Shown here piece after piece: positions 24,798-36,372 of a stretch of DNA of 64,000 nucleotides. The position numbers were made by a program, and so were the translations under genes. Each line of letters opens with the position of its first letter. Position 1 is the first letter of the stretch. Origin of the DNA: Marsupella aquatica (taxonomy: Eukaryota; Plantae; Marchantiophyta); assembly GCA_973895155.1 (NCBI GenBank), contig OZ316895.1, positions 270,007 through 334,006 on the forward strand, given 5' to 3'. The notes beneath the pieces were generated by a model, which worked only from the letters and a program-made list of their open reading frames with translations, was not told the origin of the DNA and did not search any database.

Positions 24798-27700
24798 TGC
24801 GTTCCGTGTGTGTTTGATCCGGGGACTGAATCTGCTCTCTGGACTACTCAGTTCTTGCTCTTTGATTGTGCGTCTCTGTGAATGTTCACTATAACACTGT
24901 TGTTAGTGACTCTACTCTTCCTGTTATTCTCTCTTCATATTCTAACGTGTCTAATTTTTCTGGGGCCCATCAGGGGAAGTGTATGATGCCTGTTTGTCGT
25001 CAGCTGAGTTGTTTCTTGTTCTTGATTTTTGTTTTCGCGTTATATTTTCCTCTGACGTTTTTCGTACCTTCTTGTTCAGAGATTTGTTCCCCATCAGTAT
25101 TCTTCCTGTTCCCATATCTGATTCTCTGTGTACCGTGTTATTCGGACTCTTTTTTTTAAGTCGATACTTCACGTCTGCTTCTGCCACTTAACTGATCAGT
25201 GCAAGTCTGAGCTCCTGCTTCCTTGGCCTATCTGCTTACTATATTCCTTCTGACCTGCCTTCGTTCTTGATTGCCAGGTTTTTTAGTTAATTAACTTCTT
25301 CTAATTTCCTCTTTCTTGTTTGTATATGTTACGTCTCTTTGTGTGATTGCACTTTTTCTTTAGTGTTTGGACCTTCTTGTTATATATTAATATCTTACTT
25401 AATTAATCCTTCGGTGAGCATCATAACTTGCTTCTTGTAGTGTTCTGTTTCTACTGTGTGTAGTCTGTCTCTTTCCCCTCCTTATTGGCTCCTCACTTTT
25501 TGCTGGAGCTGATACCTCCTTGATCTTGTGCGAACTTGCTTACCTTCTTTTTGTTTACCTCTTGTGCCTAATTTGCTTCCCTTTTTTAAACCTTGCGCGT
25601 GCTTTTTTGTTGACTATCGTTTGATTAGACTTACTCTATACTTGTTATGTAACTTTTTTGGGATTGTTAGTTGTTAGCGCGAGTGTCTCCACTATACAGT
25701 CTTTATATCTACCAATGTACTGTATAATGTGCATCACTTATTCCTATTGTACTGCTATTATGAACGCACATACATATATGCTTGGACATTGAACGGAATC
25801 CAAACTTATCTTTTTGCGTGCCGGATTGTTCTCCCTTCTCTTGTTGATCTTTCTCTTATCTTGTCTACCGGCTTTCTTTTCACTTGGAGTCCGCGTCGCT
25901 CAGGGCCCCACTCCTCTCCCTTCCTAGCCCACCATCGCTCCTTCCGCACCTATCATCTTGCTCCCATTGGGGTCCGCCATCGCTCGTTCACGTTTCCCTC
26001 AATATAGCAAGTTTTTGTCTTCCATTAGGCAGTTTCCCACCGAGCCTCAGACCCAATTAGGCAGAATCCGGTGGTTGTCCTTAACACAGGAAATCCTCAG
26101 CTCACAAATAACCTGGGAAAACTACACATGGAATATTCCTATGTAGCATCTTCTCCTTCACATAATTTGACAGTCGTGGCCTTCGCTAAAAAAAGAAAAC
26201 ACTGAAAACCATGCCTCCCATGTCTTGGAAAGCCACCGGTTTTGGCAAACTTTGCTATATATTTGTTCGCGTTATCATTTTGTAAGGAGCCGGAGAAGGG
26301 AAAATTTTGGCAGTAGCTAGCTAATAAAAAAAATCATTGCCAACAACACTTATTACCTTAGTACCATCTTGGCTTCTGCAAGAAATAAGTTGTTATTAGA
26401 ATTTTGTATTTGACTAAATATACACTTTGAAACCTCTAAGATAATTTTATGATGCAAATTTAGGAATATTCTGAGCATTTTGATATAAACACTAATTTTA
26501 CAATGTATATATGTTTTAATTTTATTTTTATCAAAATTTTAAGGGAAAATCTGTGAAATCCCACAGAAAGGAAAGAGTCCTGAACCCACAATAGTTGAAC
26601 CCAATACCTATCAATCTTTACTCAAGTGAGTTATCACAAAGTCATGCCTCTCTGGACTATGGACTATGTATACATTATTTTCAGATTAATAATGAAAAAA
26701 ATGTGCAATATTAACCCTAAACCCAAACATACATAGGAAGGGGTAGTATGTCCATTCTTAACAAGAAATGCCATGAAAATTGCAAAGCTAAAAGTTACAA
26801 AGGCCAATAAGTTTTATGTTACACAATTGAATTTTTTTGTAGCAGAAACAAAACTTCAAGTAAAGCGATGTCAAGGGGAGCAGCACCTGAGGCGGACTCA
26901 GTGACAAGCTGATAGAAATATGCAGGTTAGCTACGGCAGTGTTGTGAAATCGAGCCCAACCAATATCAAGCTCACAGTGTTGGACACTGAACTCCGAAAC
27001 AAAGCCCGCGAGGAAGTCAAGGAAGTATAGTTTAGGGTAGATACCAATTGTCTGTGGACTATGGGAGGGCAACTCAACTCGCATGTGGGGTCCTCATGTT
27101 CCACGCCTTGGGATGTTCCACGCCCCTCCCAGGGACACAATGTGCTCAGTGAAGACTCCGCACGAATAGCTGAACAGCTGTTCGAGTAAAAGTCTCCAGC
27201 CGAAGCACCCTTTCCGAAACCAAATCAGTGGCTAGAACTTGTTGTACGGTCTTTTGGCAGGATAGCGCCTTACTAGTTACTCCGGATAGAAAATTCGAGT
27301 AGCATTATTGGCCAGAAAGGGCAGCCTCCATAACTCACTGCCTTAAAATTATGTCCAGGAAGACCGCACGAGGCCGGGGAACGAGGACTTCAAAAGTCAG
27401 GCTACTCGACAGAGCTGGAACAGCCTGCGGTAGAGATGTGGAGTAGAAGTCTAGGTATAGCATCTCCACCGCTAGCCGGAGTCGCGGCGTGGAAGAATTG
27501 TAAGAGGCCAGCATACTGAGCGGAGGTGTTGTATCTATCATAATTTCGTGCAATGCAATGCTATACGCTTTGTCAGGTTTCGACCAGAGAGTGCTCTTGC
27601 TTTGTTGCACTACCCTTTACTCCCTAATGACGAGGACTGAAGGTTGATTTCATATTTTCAAGCGTGCAATGGTGTCATCCAGACAAGCAGTCAAGTCACC

Positions 27701-28247
27701 GATCCCCGGTCTCACGGTGTATCTCGGACCATGGGTGCGTCGGGCAGCCCACAACCCCACCTTTCTCGACGAGGACGGGCAGGAGTGCAGGCAAAGGGAA
27801 CGGTCGACCGGGCAGGGAAGCAGATGAGCCTTTGTTGGTCCCTGCCCGATCAGTGTTCCCCTTCAGAAACATTGGACTGACCCTTCTCCCATCGCTAGAT
27901 TGGTATGCATCCTGCTGCATCCCAGTGCCGTCGTTTCAACGTGGGGAAACGAAAGGGATAGAAGCGAAAGTTTCACTTTCATCCAAAGCTCCTCTCGTAA
28001 TGATCTCTTCAAGGTGTGTTCGAAGACCCCAGATCTGCCTCATTTCTCAAGAGCAAATTCTCTGAGGCCTTCGAATTACTTCGCAGCCACCTGCAGCCCC
28101 CTCGGCAAGATTGCACGTCCTATCAAAATAGCTTGATTAGTTAAGAGGTCTTGTCTGGAGTCCTTCCGAATGGGGCGTTGAATAGATCGCCGAGCTCCAT
28201 AGAAGGACAGCTGACAAGGAGCAGCAGGAAGGAAGGGAAGGCAAGTC

Positions 28248-28298
28248 AAGGAAAGGAAAGGAAAGGAAAGGAAAGGAAAGGCAAGGAAAGGAAAGGAA
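28248..28298 (+). repeat. (GAAAG)n pentanucleotide microsatellite abutting the GDSL start codon
   Basis: aaggaaaggaaaggaaagg... about 10 units with one gcaag variant, ending ...ggaaaggaaATG. Confidence 0.92.
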
Positions 28299-31200
28299 AT
28301 GGACGGAATGACGAGGGTGTTGCGGGGATGGGCGGTCGGTTTGATAGGACTGATCTTGGCGCAGTATGTGTTCTTTAGCAGCCCCACTGTGGAAGCAGCG
28401 GAGTGTTTCCATTCCGTCTTTGCCTTCGGTGATGGTCTAGTTGAAACCGGAAGCATTACAAACGTTTTTCCTAGCCTTCTCAACTATGACTACGCTCCTT
28501 ATGGGTCGACGCACTTTGGGAAGCCCTCCGGCCGATTCAGTGACGGACGCCTTGTCGTTGACTTCCTATGTGAGTACAATTCTCCAAAACACCGCTCCAT
28601 CTGCACAGCTGTCCACCCAGATGTCAATTTTCTGGTTATGAATCCTCTCACTATATAGAAATTGAAGGAACAGAGCTGATGACAGAGTTGACCTCGTACA
28701 TTTTCTGATTAGATGTGTGAAAGCTATGGTCAAAATACGTTTTCGTGGATTTGGTAATCAACGCCAGTGTGAATGGGAGTGCGTTATATTCCTAGGTTAG
28801 ACTTCCAATATGTAGCTAGTATGGGTGAGGAGATAGGCGGCAGCATCTATGGAATTTGTACTTTTTGCGTACTGAGCTACCTCTGCTAGGTGGTCCAGAT
28901 GATGGTCCAGATGATGAGAGACATCACGATTGGGAAGTTTCATGAGGCTTGTGGAGCATGAGAAGTATAGTCTATGTCATTACGAGATTATCATTAGGAC
29001 GATGGTGAGGGTCATCGGTAGACGCGTCCGGTTGTTACTCTGCTCAAGGTGTTGTATGGGGGGCGTAACTTTCATCCATGTTGTGCCTGGCACTGCAACT
29101 CGTTGGGGTCAGTGAAATGTGTAGTATTTGCAACCAATTAGTATTGGTTTAATGACGCTTTCCGTCACTTCGCTTCACGAGATTCGTGAGAAACTCTGAT
29201 AATTTCGGAGACTAGAACTCGTCAATTCCCAACATTCGTTTGCTGCACGAGATTCGTGAAGAACTCTGATGAAATTTTGGAGACTAGAACTCGTCAACTC
29301 CCAACATTCGGTCACATCATCAGCTTTGAGTCAATCACCTTTCTCTGTGGCCATGAGGATGTCCCTGTCCGGGTTCTGAAGTTCACATACCTGCCGTTGA
29401 CCAATGTACAATCATAGTCCGCTTCCTTGACCGTAGTCTCTATTTTTGGTTGTTAAGATCTTCAGGTGGATTGCATTTTCAGATATTAGTTCTTTGTGGA
29501 CTCTACTTGACATATATCTATCGATTTCTTTGCTGTGATCATGAGTCCAGTCTTGTTTCAGTAGTTAACCTTTCCACAGAAACTTCAATGTCTGTCAAAC
29601 ACACGCTGTTCAGGCCTCAGCTTCATTTCGCTTAGCGCGTTTTGGACGTCACACGCTGGTATCAGGTTCCATGTTAATTGGACGGTAGTGATCCTCATTG
29701 CCGCAATTCCTCTTTCAAGAAGTGCTACAACAGTGCTTATTTCTTGAAATGAATCACAATTGACGTGTTTCCGTTGAAATCTGTGTGGCCAAATGTTTTG
29801 TTTCCAAGTCGGTCCGCCAAAGGTTGCATCACGAATTGCATGAACGTTGCCAATGTTGACAAGAGGGATCTCCTTGAATAGTAGACGATTGGGTTATTCT
29901 CGGTTAGACTTGCGTCGTGTGGCGAAAAATGCATTCATTGTTTGATTTTGTCGGGAATGGGTTCAACTGACTTCCATTTTTGTATGTCGTCTGTGCAGGT
30001 GAAGCGCTTGGGTTGCCTAAGCTTCCTGCCTATGCCCAGACAGTGTCATCAGATTTCTCGAAAGGAGTAAGCTTTGGTTCAGCATTCTCCACAATAGGCA
30101 CAGTGTCAACGGGACAAACAGCAGGACCCTTCATGTTTCTGAATCCCTTCTCCCTCCCAATGCAAGTGGCGCAATATTTGGAATTCAAGTCCACTACAAG
30201 CTTAGTTCATGCCTCTAAAACCATTCCAAACACAAAGAGATTTCTGCAGGAAGACGAGGCAAGCAATCTGGAAGAAGGTGCCTTCAAATTCCTTTCAAAG
30301 ATGGGCCAGGCGGGCCTTTTACAATGTCCAGGCCTTGTCATGTGATTTGTGATCTTGTGTGGATTCGTTGGATATTGTGATAGACTAGCAAATTGAGATC
30401 TTAGACGAGTATTCAGGGGGTTATGGATGAGGAGTCCCCATTCGCTATCTTCAACCAGCTTTAGTACAAGCTTATGAGGCGTAGACACACGTTTGTAGAC
30501 TTTTTATTAATTTGGAACAGGTGTCTGGATAGTATATGTGTGGTTTTGTTTCAGTGGTTTTCAGTTTTGTGTACATTGTGGTGCAGGCGCCCACGCCAAG
30601 GCACGTCTTCCTCTCAATGTGGACTTCAAGGGGGGCTTGTACATGGTGGCTACGGGGCGACACGACATCATTAACTTCTACAACATGAATTTTAGCTCTG
30701 AGTACATTGAGAGCAAATTTGAAGATCTGACGACTAAGTTAGGCCTTGCTGTCAGGGTGAGATTATTTGCGCCACCTCACAGTCCAGTTGTCATGTCTCT
30801 TGTGATTGCGTCTGTTGACTATATTCATTATTTCCAATGCTGTATACGACCGCGGATTATCTTTTCCTTGCATTTCTTTTCCCAATTATCGCTAGGGCAC
30901 AGAAGTACGCTCATTTAGCTTCTTTATATTCTGACGCAGATCCTGACACCTCTTCTGTCTGTTTTAAAGTTTTTTCAATTTTTGCTGGAGACCATAGTTG
31001 TGGACACGATCTTCTGTTCAGTATAATTCAGAAATTTATGAACCTGTTTTCTCAACCAGTTGCACTCTTGCTCTGTCTTTTATATTTGCTTACTTTTCTG
31101 GGTAACATACAAACGGGGTGATAGGACTCTTCCACCAGACTAAAGTCTGCCCCACGTTACCAAGCGATGCTGGACTTTGAGCAGATCTTATAGCGGGATG

Positions 31201-32557
31201 AGAGGTTACTATCTGCGATGTACTGCATAATGTCTGTGTCTCACCCAGGTCAAAGAACATTGGCATTCTTAGGTCATCTAGTTGTGGTCTGAAAACTTGA
31301 TCAGATCGGAAAAGTACTGTTTCATTCCTCTCTCCAACTTCAATAGAACGCAGACTTCTCAGCAAACCGTACCTCGTCCGAGGGTTTAGCAGTTGAGCGA
31401 AGGAGTCACTTTTTCTTTTTCATGGATCCTTGGCTGGTTGTGTTCACGTTGACTCCACAGTCTTCTAGGTTGGCCTTGGTGGAGTCACAATTCTGCTTTG
31501 ATATATCGAAATGCCCTCTTACAGTTGTCCAGGGCTTCATTTCATTTTGTTAGTGAAGTCTGCAGAGTATCATGTCCAGATGGATATGTGAGAGTAAACA
31601 GGACCTGACGACTCTGCTATTGTGACTGCAGACTTTTGCCAAGCTTCATGGAGTGAAGAACGTCATAGTCTTCGATGTCGAGCCCCTTGGATGCCAACCG
31701 TTCCTTCTCACCTTGCTGCCCCACACACGTGCGGATCTAGATCACAAGGGGTGTCTGATTGCTGTTAATGATCTTGTCCTGAAATTCAACAAGCAACTTA
31801 AGGGTTATGTGAAATCCTGGCGTGAACAACATAAAGCAAATATCGTCTATTTGTCCCTGTATGACATTACGATCAAGCTGATTAATGATGCTGAATCTGG
31901 TATGAATCAATTTGTGGATCTTTCTCATTCGCTTTTTTCAATCATAATTCCGTCTGCGCTGGCATGGAAGCTTGATTCTTTCCTTGAGATTGTAGCTAAC
32001 CTTTGATCGTTATTGGGCGTAGTCGGGGTGGTCGTCTGTGGGCCTTCCAACATCACACTTTATATAGTTTCCTAAGATAATTTTCTCATGGAACAGCCCT
32101 GAATGTTCCTGTTAGTTAATTTGAGTCCATCATTTTTGCTATTATTTACACTTGAGCTTGCTGTTAGGTACGCTAAGTCGTGCGTGCACATTGTATTCCC
32201 TTGATGTAAGCGCTTAGAAAGTTTGGAAGATGGTGTGCTTTCACTGAGACAAAATTGGATTGCCTTCGCGTGGCAGGATTCACGTCTACTAATGTCGCGT
32301 GCTGTGGAGTACCTTCATCGCCCTACAACGTCAACAAATTAGTACCATGCGGACCCCCTGGGTTTGACATTACGACCGATCCGCCCACTCCCATGCAGGC
32401 TACTAGTTGTTCCAAGCCCAGCTCACATTTGTACTGGGATGGCTTTTACACAACTGAGGCAGCCAACAAATACATTACTGAGCAGATCTTGTCCGGTGAC
32501 TACTTCGATATTCCCTTTGAATACTTCACCTCCTGTGCTAAGAATCCTCTCTCTTAA
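28299..32557 (+). CDS. GDSL esterase/lipase-like protein, predicted catalytically inactive; 5 exons: 28299-28569, 29999-30277, 30587-30756, 31632-31899, 32277-32557; 422 aa
   Basis: N-terminal hydrophobic signal. SVFAFGDGLVETG (block I), PYGSTHFGKPSGRFSDGRLVVDFL, PLGCQP, GF...ACCG, CSKPSSHLYWDGFYTTEAAN. The canonical five-exon GDSL structure has GT-AG sites and totals 1269 nt in frame. Confidence 0.92.
29177..29310. repeat. ~65-70-bp imperfect tandem duplication in GDSL intron 1
   Basis: cacgagattcgtg..aactctgat..ggagactagaactcgtcaa.tcccaacattcg occurs twice. Confidence 0.85.
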
Positions 32558-34968
32558 ACCAGTTCTCAGAACAAGTTGGACCCTTGTAAGATTTCAACCT
32601 GCCGGAGATAAATTTAGCTATAGACAGATTTCGTTTAGGGGGCACTTTTCCCTCAAGAGAAGGCGGTCTGTACACGACGCTAGCTCACTTGGGGGTTCCA
32701 AGGAACGAACGGACGAAGTGGGGATGAAGAAACGGTTGCATTCAAGTGGTCAACATAGTGTTCCAATCTGGCAGAATCATTTTATTCGAGTTAAATCGAT
32801 TCTCAGAATTCCAATTGTTACCTCCCCTCAATGCGTCGTCGAGTGGCTCGTCAAATTCTTTTAAGCTTGTACTTTAACGAGAAACCTGTAATTTATGGAA
32901 AAGTTATTGATTGTCATCTCCTTGTAAATTCTGTGGGTTGGATCTCGACCATCTTGTGTCTGCACGAGGAAGATTGTCAACAATCGCTATTTTTGAGTCA
33001 TTGTTTTAGAAGCAGCAAGTAATTTGCAGTTGTGGCAGTTCTGGTTAAGGTAAGTGGTTAAATCTGCAACTTTAGGAGTTCGATCGGTGCAGATCTTCAT
33101 TTTTCGGGGATAGAGTTTCTATACACGGCATCAGAATTGCCTCGTGAGTTCCTACGTACATTGTCTAGGTGTGGAGAGCTCCGGCTCCGGCTTCTAGCAT
33201 GACAATAATTCTTCAAGATACACCCAGGTATAGGGAAACAACTCCATTCGCCCTAAAGCATGTTGCAAGCAAGGACAAGTCAGTGTGCATTTCCTGGAGG
33301 AGCTTGCGATCCTCTTCCGTTCCTCTGCCATTTGTTCACTCTCACACCAACGAGAGAGCTCACTGTAAACAACGATTCGACCTGCTGATACAATATTTTT
33401 AGGACGAAAAGTACAAGATGTGGTGTACAAAGAAGAGAGCTCCTTCTAAACTCCACCATTCTACAGGGGTTCTACCTGCTGATAGTATTTTAGGTCAAAA
33501 AGACTGGGATGTTAGTCCCGGTAGGATAAGAGATGTCACTCGTTTGTTGATGTAGATGAACTTAGACCAAATGACTCCCGAACATAGGATGGCCTGGCCT
33601 CAGTGGCAGCAGAAATCAACCTTGCGATTAGTATAATTTGCAAGATGGCTTCAAGTGGTTTTCATGACTTGGTTGTTGGTGCACATGGCCTAAAGATGGA
33701 GACATGGGGGGGCCATGTGCGAGTGAAGTGAGGGTTGGTCAGTCGTCTTCTGTAGTAACTTTACGAAGGTACTTGTGAAGCCACCTGCGTGGTTTATTTT
33801 AGTGTAGTAAACCACGAAAGTACTTCATCTGTGGTAGGCAGCTACAAAAGTTATACTTCAATGACTGAGATCGAGGCAAGTACTAGCAGTCCCTAAATTG
33901 GCTTCCAATCTTCCGTGGTACCTTCCACCTTGAAAGCCATTGTACAATCTTGGTCACGTCGACACGCAGGGACTTCACATTCATGCATTCCGTTACCTTG
34001 ATATGTTTGGGTATTTCAGTGATTTTGGCGACATAGATTAACAGAGCTACTCTTCATTCCCGCAACGTGGACCAAGCGAAGCAATCTAATTACTGACAAG
34101 ATCGTTATCCCAACCTCAAATTACAAGATCAGGATCATGACTCGAGACGAGTGGTACTATTTCACCCTACGCATGGAATAACGGATAACCGATTCTGCTC
34201 ACTTGAACCATATGAATTGTATTTGTAGTGTTCTAAAGCTGGATCTCGGCATGCAACCGAAAGCTGTTTTCAATGCTCGGAAGTTTCATTCACGTATGTA
34301 GCAACATGTCAGAACAACATTCAACAATAGCATACGTCACGAGATGCAATAAGAAAGTTTTCCTACTCATCTCAACACCACGTTCAATTGTTTACTGCAG
34401 CGGCTGGTTGCCTTAGAACTTGTGGCGGTACCTATCACGATTAAGAATAATGTACAATTGAAACGCACTAAAGGGACATGAATGGTCCCAATTAATTTTT
34501 CTACACTACGACCAACAATTCGACCATGAAGGGCCAGTTATCCTCCGTCCTCAACTGCCAAGTGCTTCCAAATAAGTAAAGATGTTTCTATTCCAAATCG
34601 ATCTATAGATGAATCCTTCTAAATTGCTCACATCGTCCGGAAGGAACCTATCACCGTTCGTATGTCAGTCCCGCTTGGCAACCCAACTCACGATTTGCTG
34701 GTCACAAGAAAGATCCTCCAAAAAGTTTGCTGAATGCTAAATAGAAACATTCCAAGTTGAAGGGAAGTCGTTCTTTGTAAAATACTTTTCGTGAGCGGGA
34801 GTGCTGCACACAAATAGCGGTTGCTGTTTTTTTCACGAGGATATTTATAGAGCGTCTCTGACGGGTGGCTAAAATGTAAAATACTATCTATTACTGAAAA
34901 ATATGTGCCCTAACATTAATTCCCTGTATACATTTTCCTTGGTTCTTCTAATATAGCATGACAACGCT

Positions 34969-36372
34969 TTAGACAAGCAATGCTTGCTTCGTACCTCCAG
35001 GTGCCATGTCGTGGACAAGCTCCAGTGATTCGGACAACCTATGGAGCAAATTGACGAGGGCAATCACTTCATTCCGTTGCAAATCAAGTTGAGCCGCGGA
35101 TTGAGGTTCGGTTGGCTCCACAGAAAACAAAATTTTGAGGGCGGTTCCGAGCCCCAAAGTCTGAAGTTTACCCCAAAGCCTGCACTTTTCACATCCTACA
35201 CAGTCCATTAAAGAACTGATGTTGCGAAAGTGGTGTTGAATTTGCTGTTTCAGCTGTCCGCTATCGTCACGATGCCACATCTGTGCCTCGTCGAAGGGAA
35301 CTGGACAAGCAGAACGTAAGCGTTCGTTGTTCACGAGCTCCTCCATCAGCTGGAGCGTTTGCTGGTCCTCAACTGAATTGCCTGTGTCATACTCTGCTTG
35401 CGAGAGATAATCAGCAGCCTTGGTGACAGCTCTCAACACAAAGAGAAAGGTGAAGTAGAGATTCTGCACTCGCTCGGGGTACTTGAGCACACGCTCATAA
35501 AGAAGCGCAGGATTAGGTCCCCATGTGTCCGTGGTCTCATCGAGTAAATAATCTGCAGCAATGTGGGTAGTAATTGACGTGTGAAGACCTGATATCAATC
35601 TGTACAGGAAGCGTGCCTCCATACACGAATCTCGTTCCTCGTCCTCAAAGCAATTCTCCTGATAGATAGCCTCCCAGATTCTACGGGCAGATGGTCCAAC
35701 ATATCCAGTGAATCTTTCGGGGTTGAGAAGCAAATTCACATAAGTGATATCTGAATTGTCTCTTTCATCATCCTGCGTCCACGGATTGTCACTCTCCGTC
35801 CAACCCCGGAAGGATCTAGTGTCCAAAGTTCGATCAACAGCAGCGACAGCCTTACCCTCCTGGCAAGATATATCCTCTAACCCTAATCCCTTCTTGAACG
35901 TCTCTGGGAATTCGCTATCGGGGCACTCACAAACACTGCAATCCCGTAGCCTGCACATCCCATCCTCCGGCCAAAATGGGCAGTCGCACCAAAGTTTCAC
36001 CTTGAAGTAACGGAAGAAGGGTTGTTTCACTAAGTCGTGCAGTAGGGAGTGCAGAATCTCGTGATTCAAAGAATAGACGGTTCCATACTCACAGCAACAG
36101 TCCTCAACCAATCCTGTTAAATCTTTCAGATGTGGACAGGGGCATGGCGCCTCCAGACCCCAGATCAAACGCTTGCTCTCGTTCCACCATTCATTCAGCC
36201 CCGACCGCTGATTACTAGAAGTAGAAAGTGAATTCGGGATAGAGACGAATGGCGCAACCCCGATTGCTAGAATTGCAAAGATCAGCCCGAACAACACAGT
36301 GCTCATGTAACGAGATTTCCATCTCCTTTCCCTCTCTAGTGCATCTTGCTCTGCCCCCTCAGCTGCGCTCAT
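34969..36372 (-). CDS. ERO1: Endoplasmic reticulum oxidoreductin 1, single-exon CDS, 467 aa
   Basis: N-terminal TM anchor. VEDCCC; FFRYFKVKLWCDCPFW...CRLRDCSVCEC (shuttle cysteines); YVNLLLNPERFTGY; LISGLHTSI; FRNISSLMDCVGCEKCRLWGKLQ (CxxCxxC active site); LQRNEVIALVN. Confidence 0.97.
   Translation of the reverse strand: MSAAEGAEQDALERERRWKSRYMSTVLFGLIFAILAIGVAPFVSIPNSLSTSSNQRSGLNEWWNESKRLIWGLEAPCPCPHLKDLTGLVEDCCCEYGTVYSLNHEILHSLLHDLVKQPFFRYFKVKLWCDCPFWPEDGMCRLRDCSVCECPDSEFPETFKKGLGLEDISCQEGKAVAAVDRTLDTRSFRGWTESDNPWTQDDERDNSDITYVNLLLNPERFTGYVGPSARRIWEAIYQENCFEDEERDSCMEARFLYRLISGLHTSITTHIAADYLLDETTDTWGPNPALLYERVLKYPERVQNLYFTFLFVLRAVTKAADYLSQAEYDTGNSVEDQQTLQLMEELVNNERLRSACPVPFDEAQMWHRDDSGQLKQQIQHHFRNISSLMDCVGCEKCRLWGKLQTLGLGTALKILFSVEPTEPQSAAQLDLQRNEVIALVNLLHRLSESLELVHDMAPGGTKQALLV

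Larger units (their letters stand above)
10377..26237 (-). mobile_element. Full-length L1-clade LINE (about 9 kb once the two nested LTR insertions are removed)
   Basis: 16-bp TSD GGTTTTGGCAAACTTT at 10361-10376 and 26238-26253. Poly(A) tail seen as a T-run ending 10386. ORF1 and ORF2 lie on the minus strand in the expected order. Confidence 0.93.

Noticed and set aside
31520-31550. Partial resemblance to miR166 (ccagggcttcatt); also miR319-like ttggactga at ~27872
   Set aside because: Too many mismatches and no precursor hairpin.
33040-33100. tRNA/SINE-like A box (AAGTGGTTAA) and B box (GAGTTCGATC)
   Set aside because: Spacing is too short and no cloverleaf or acceptor stem can be formed.
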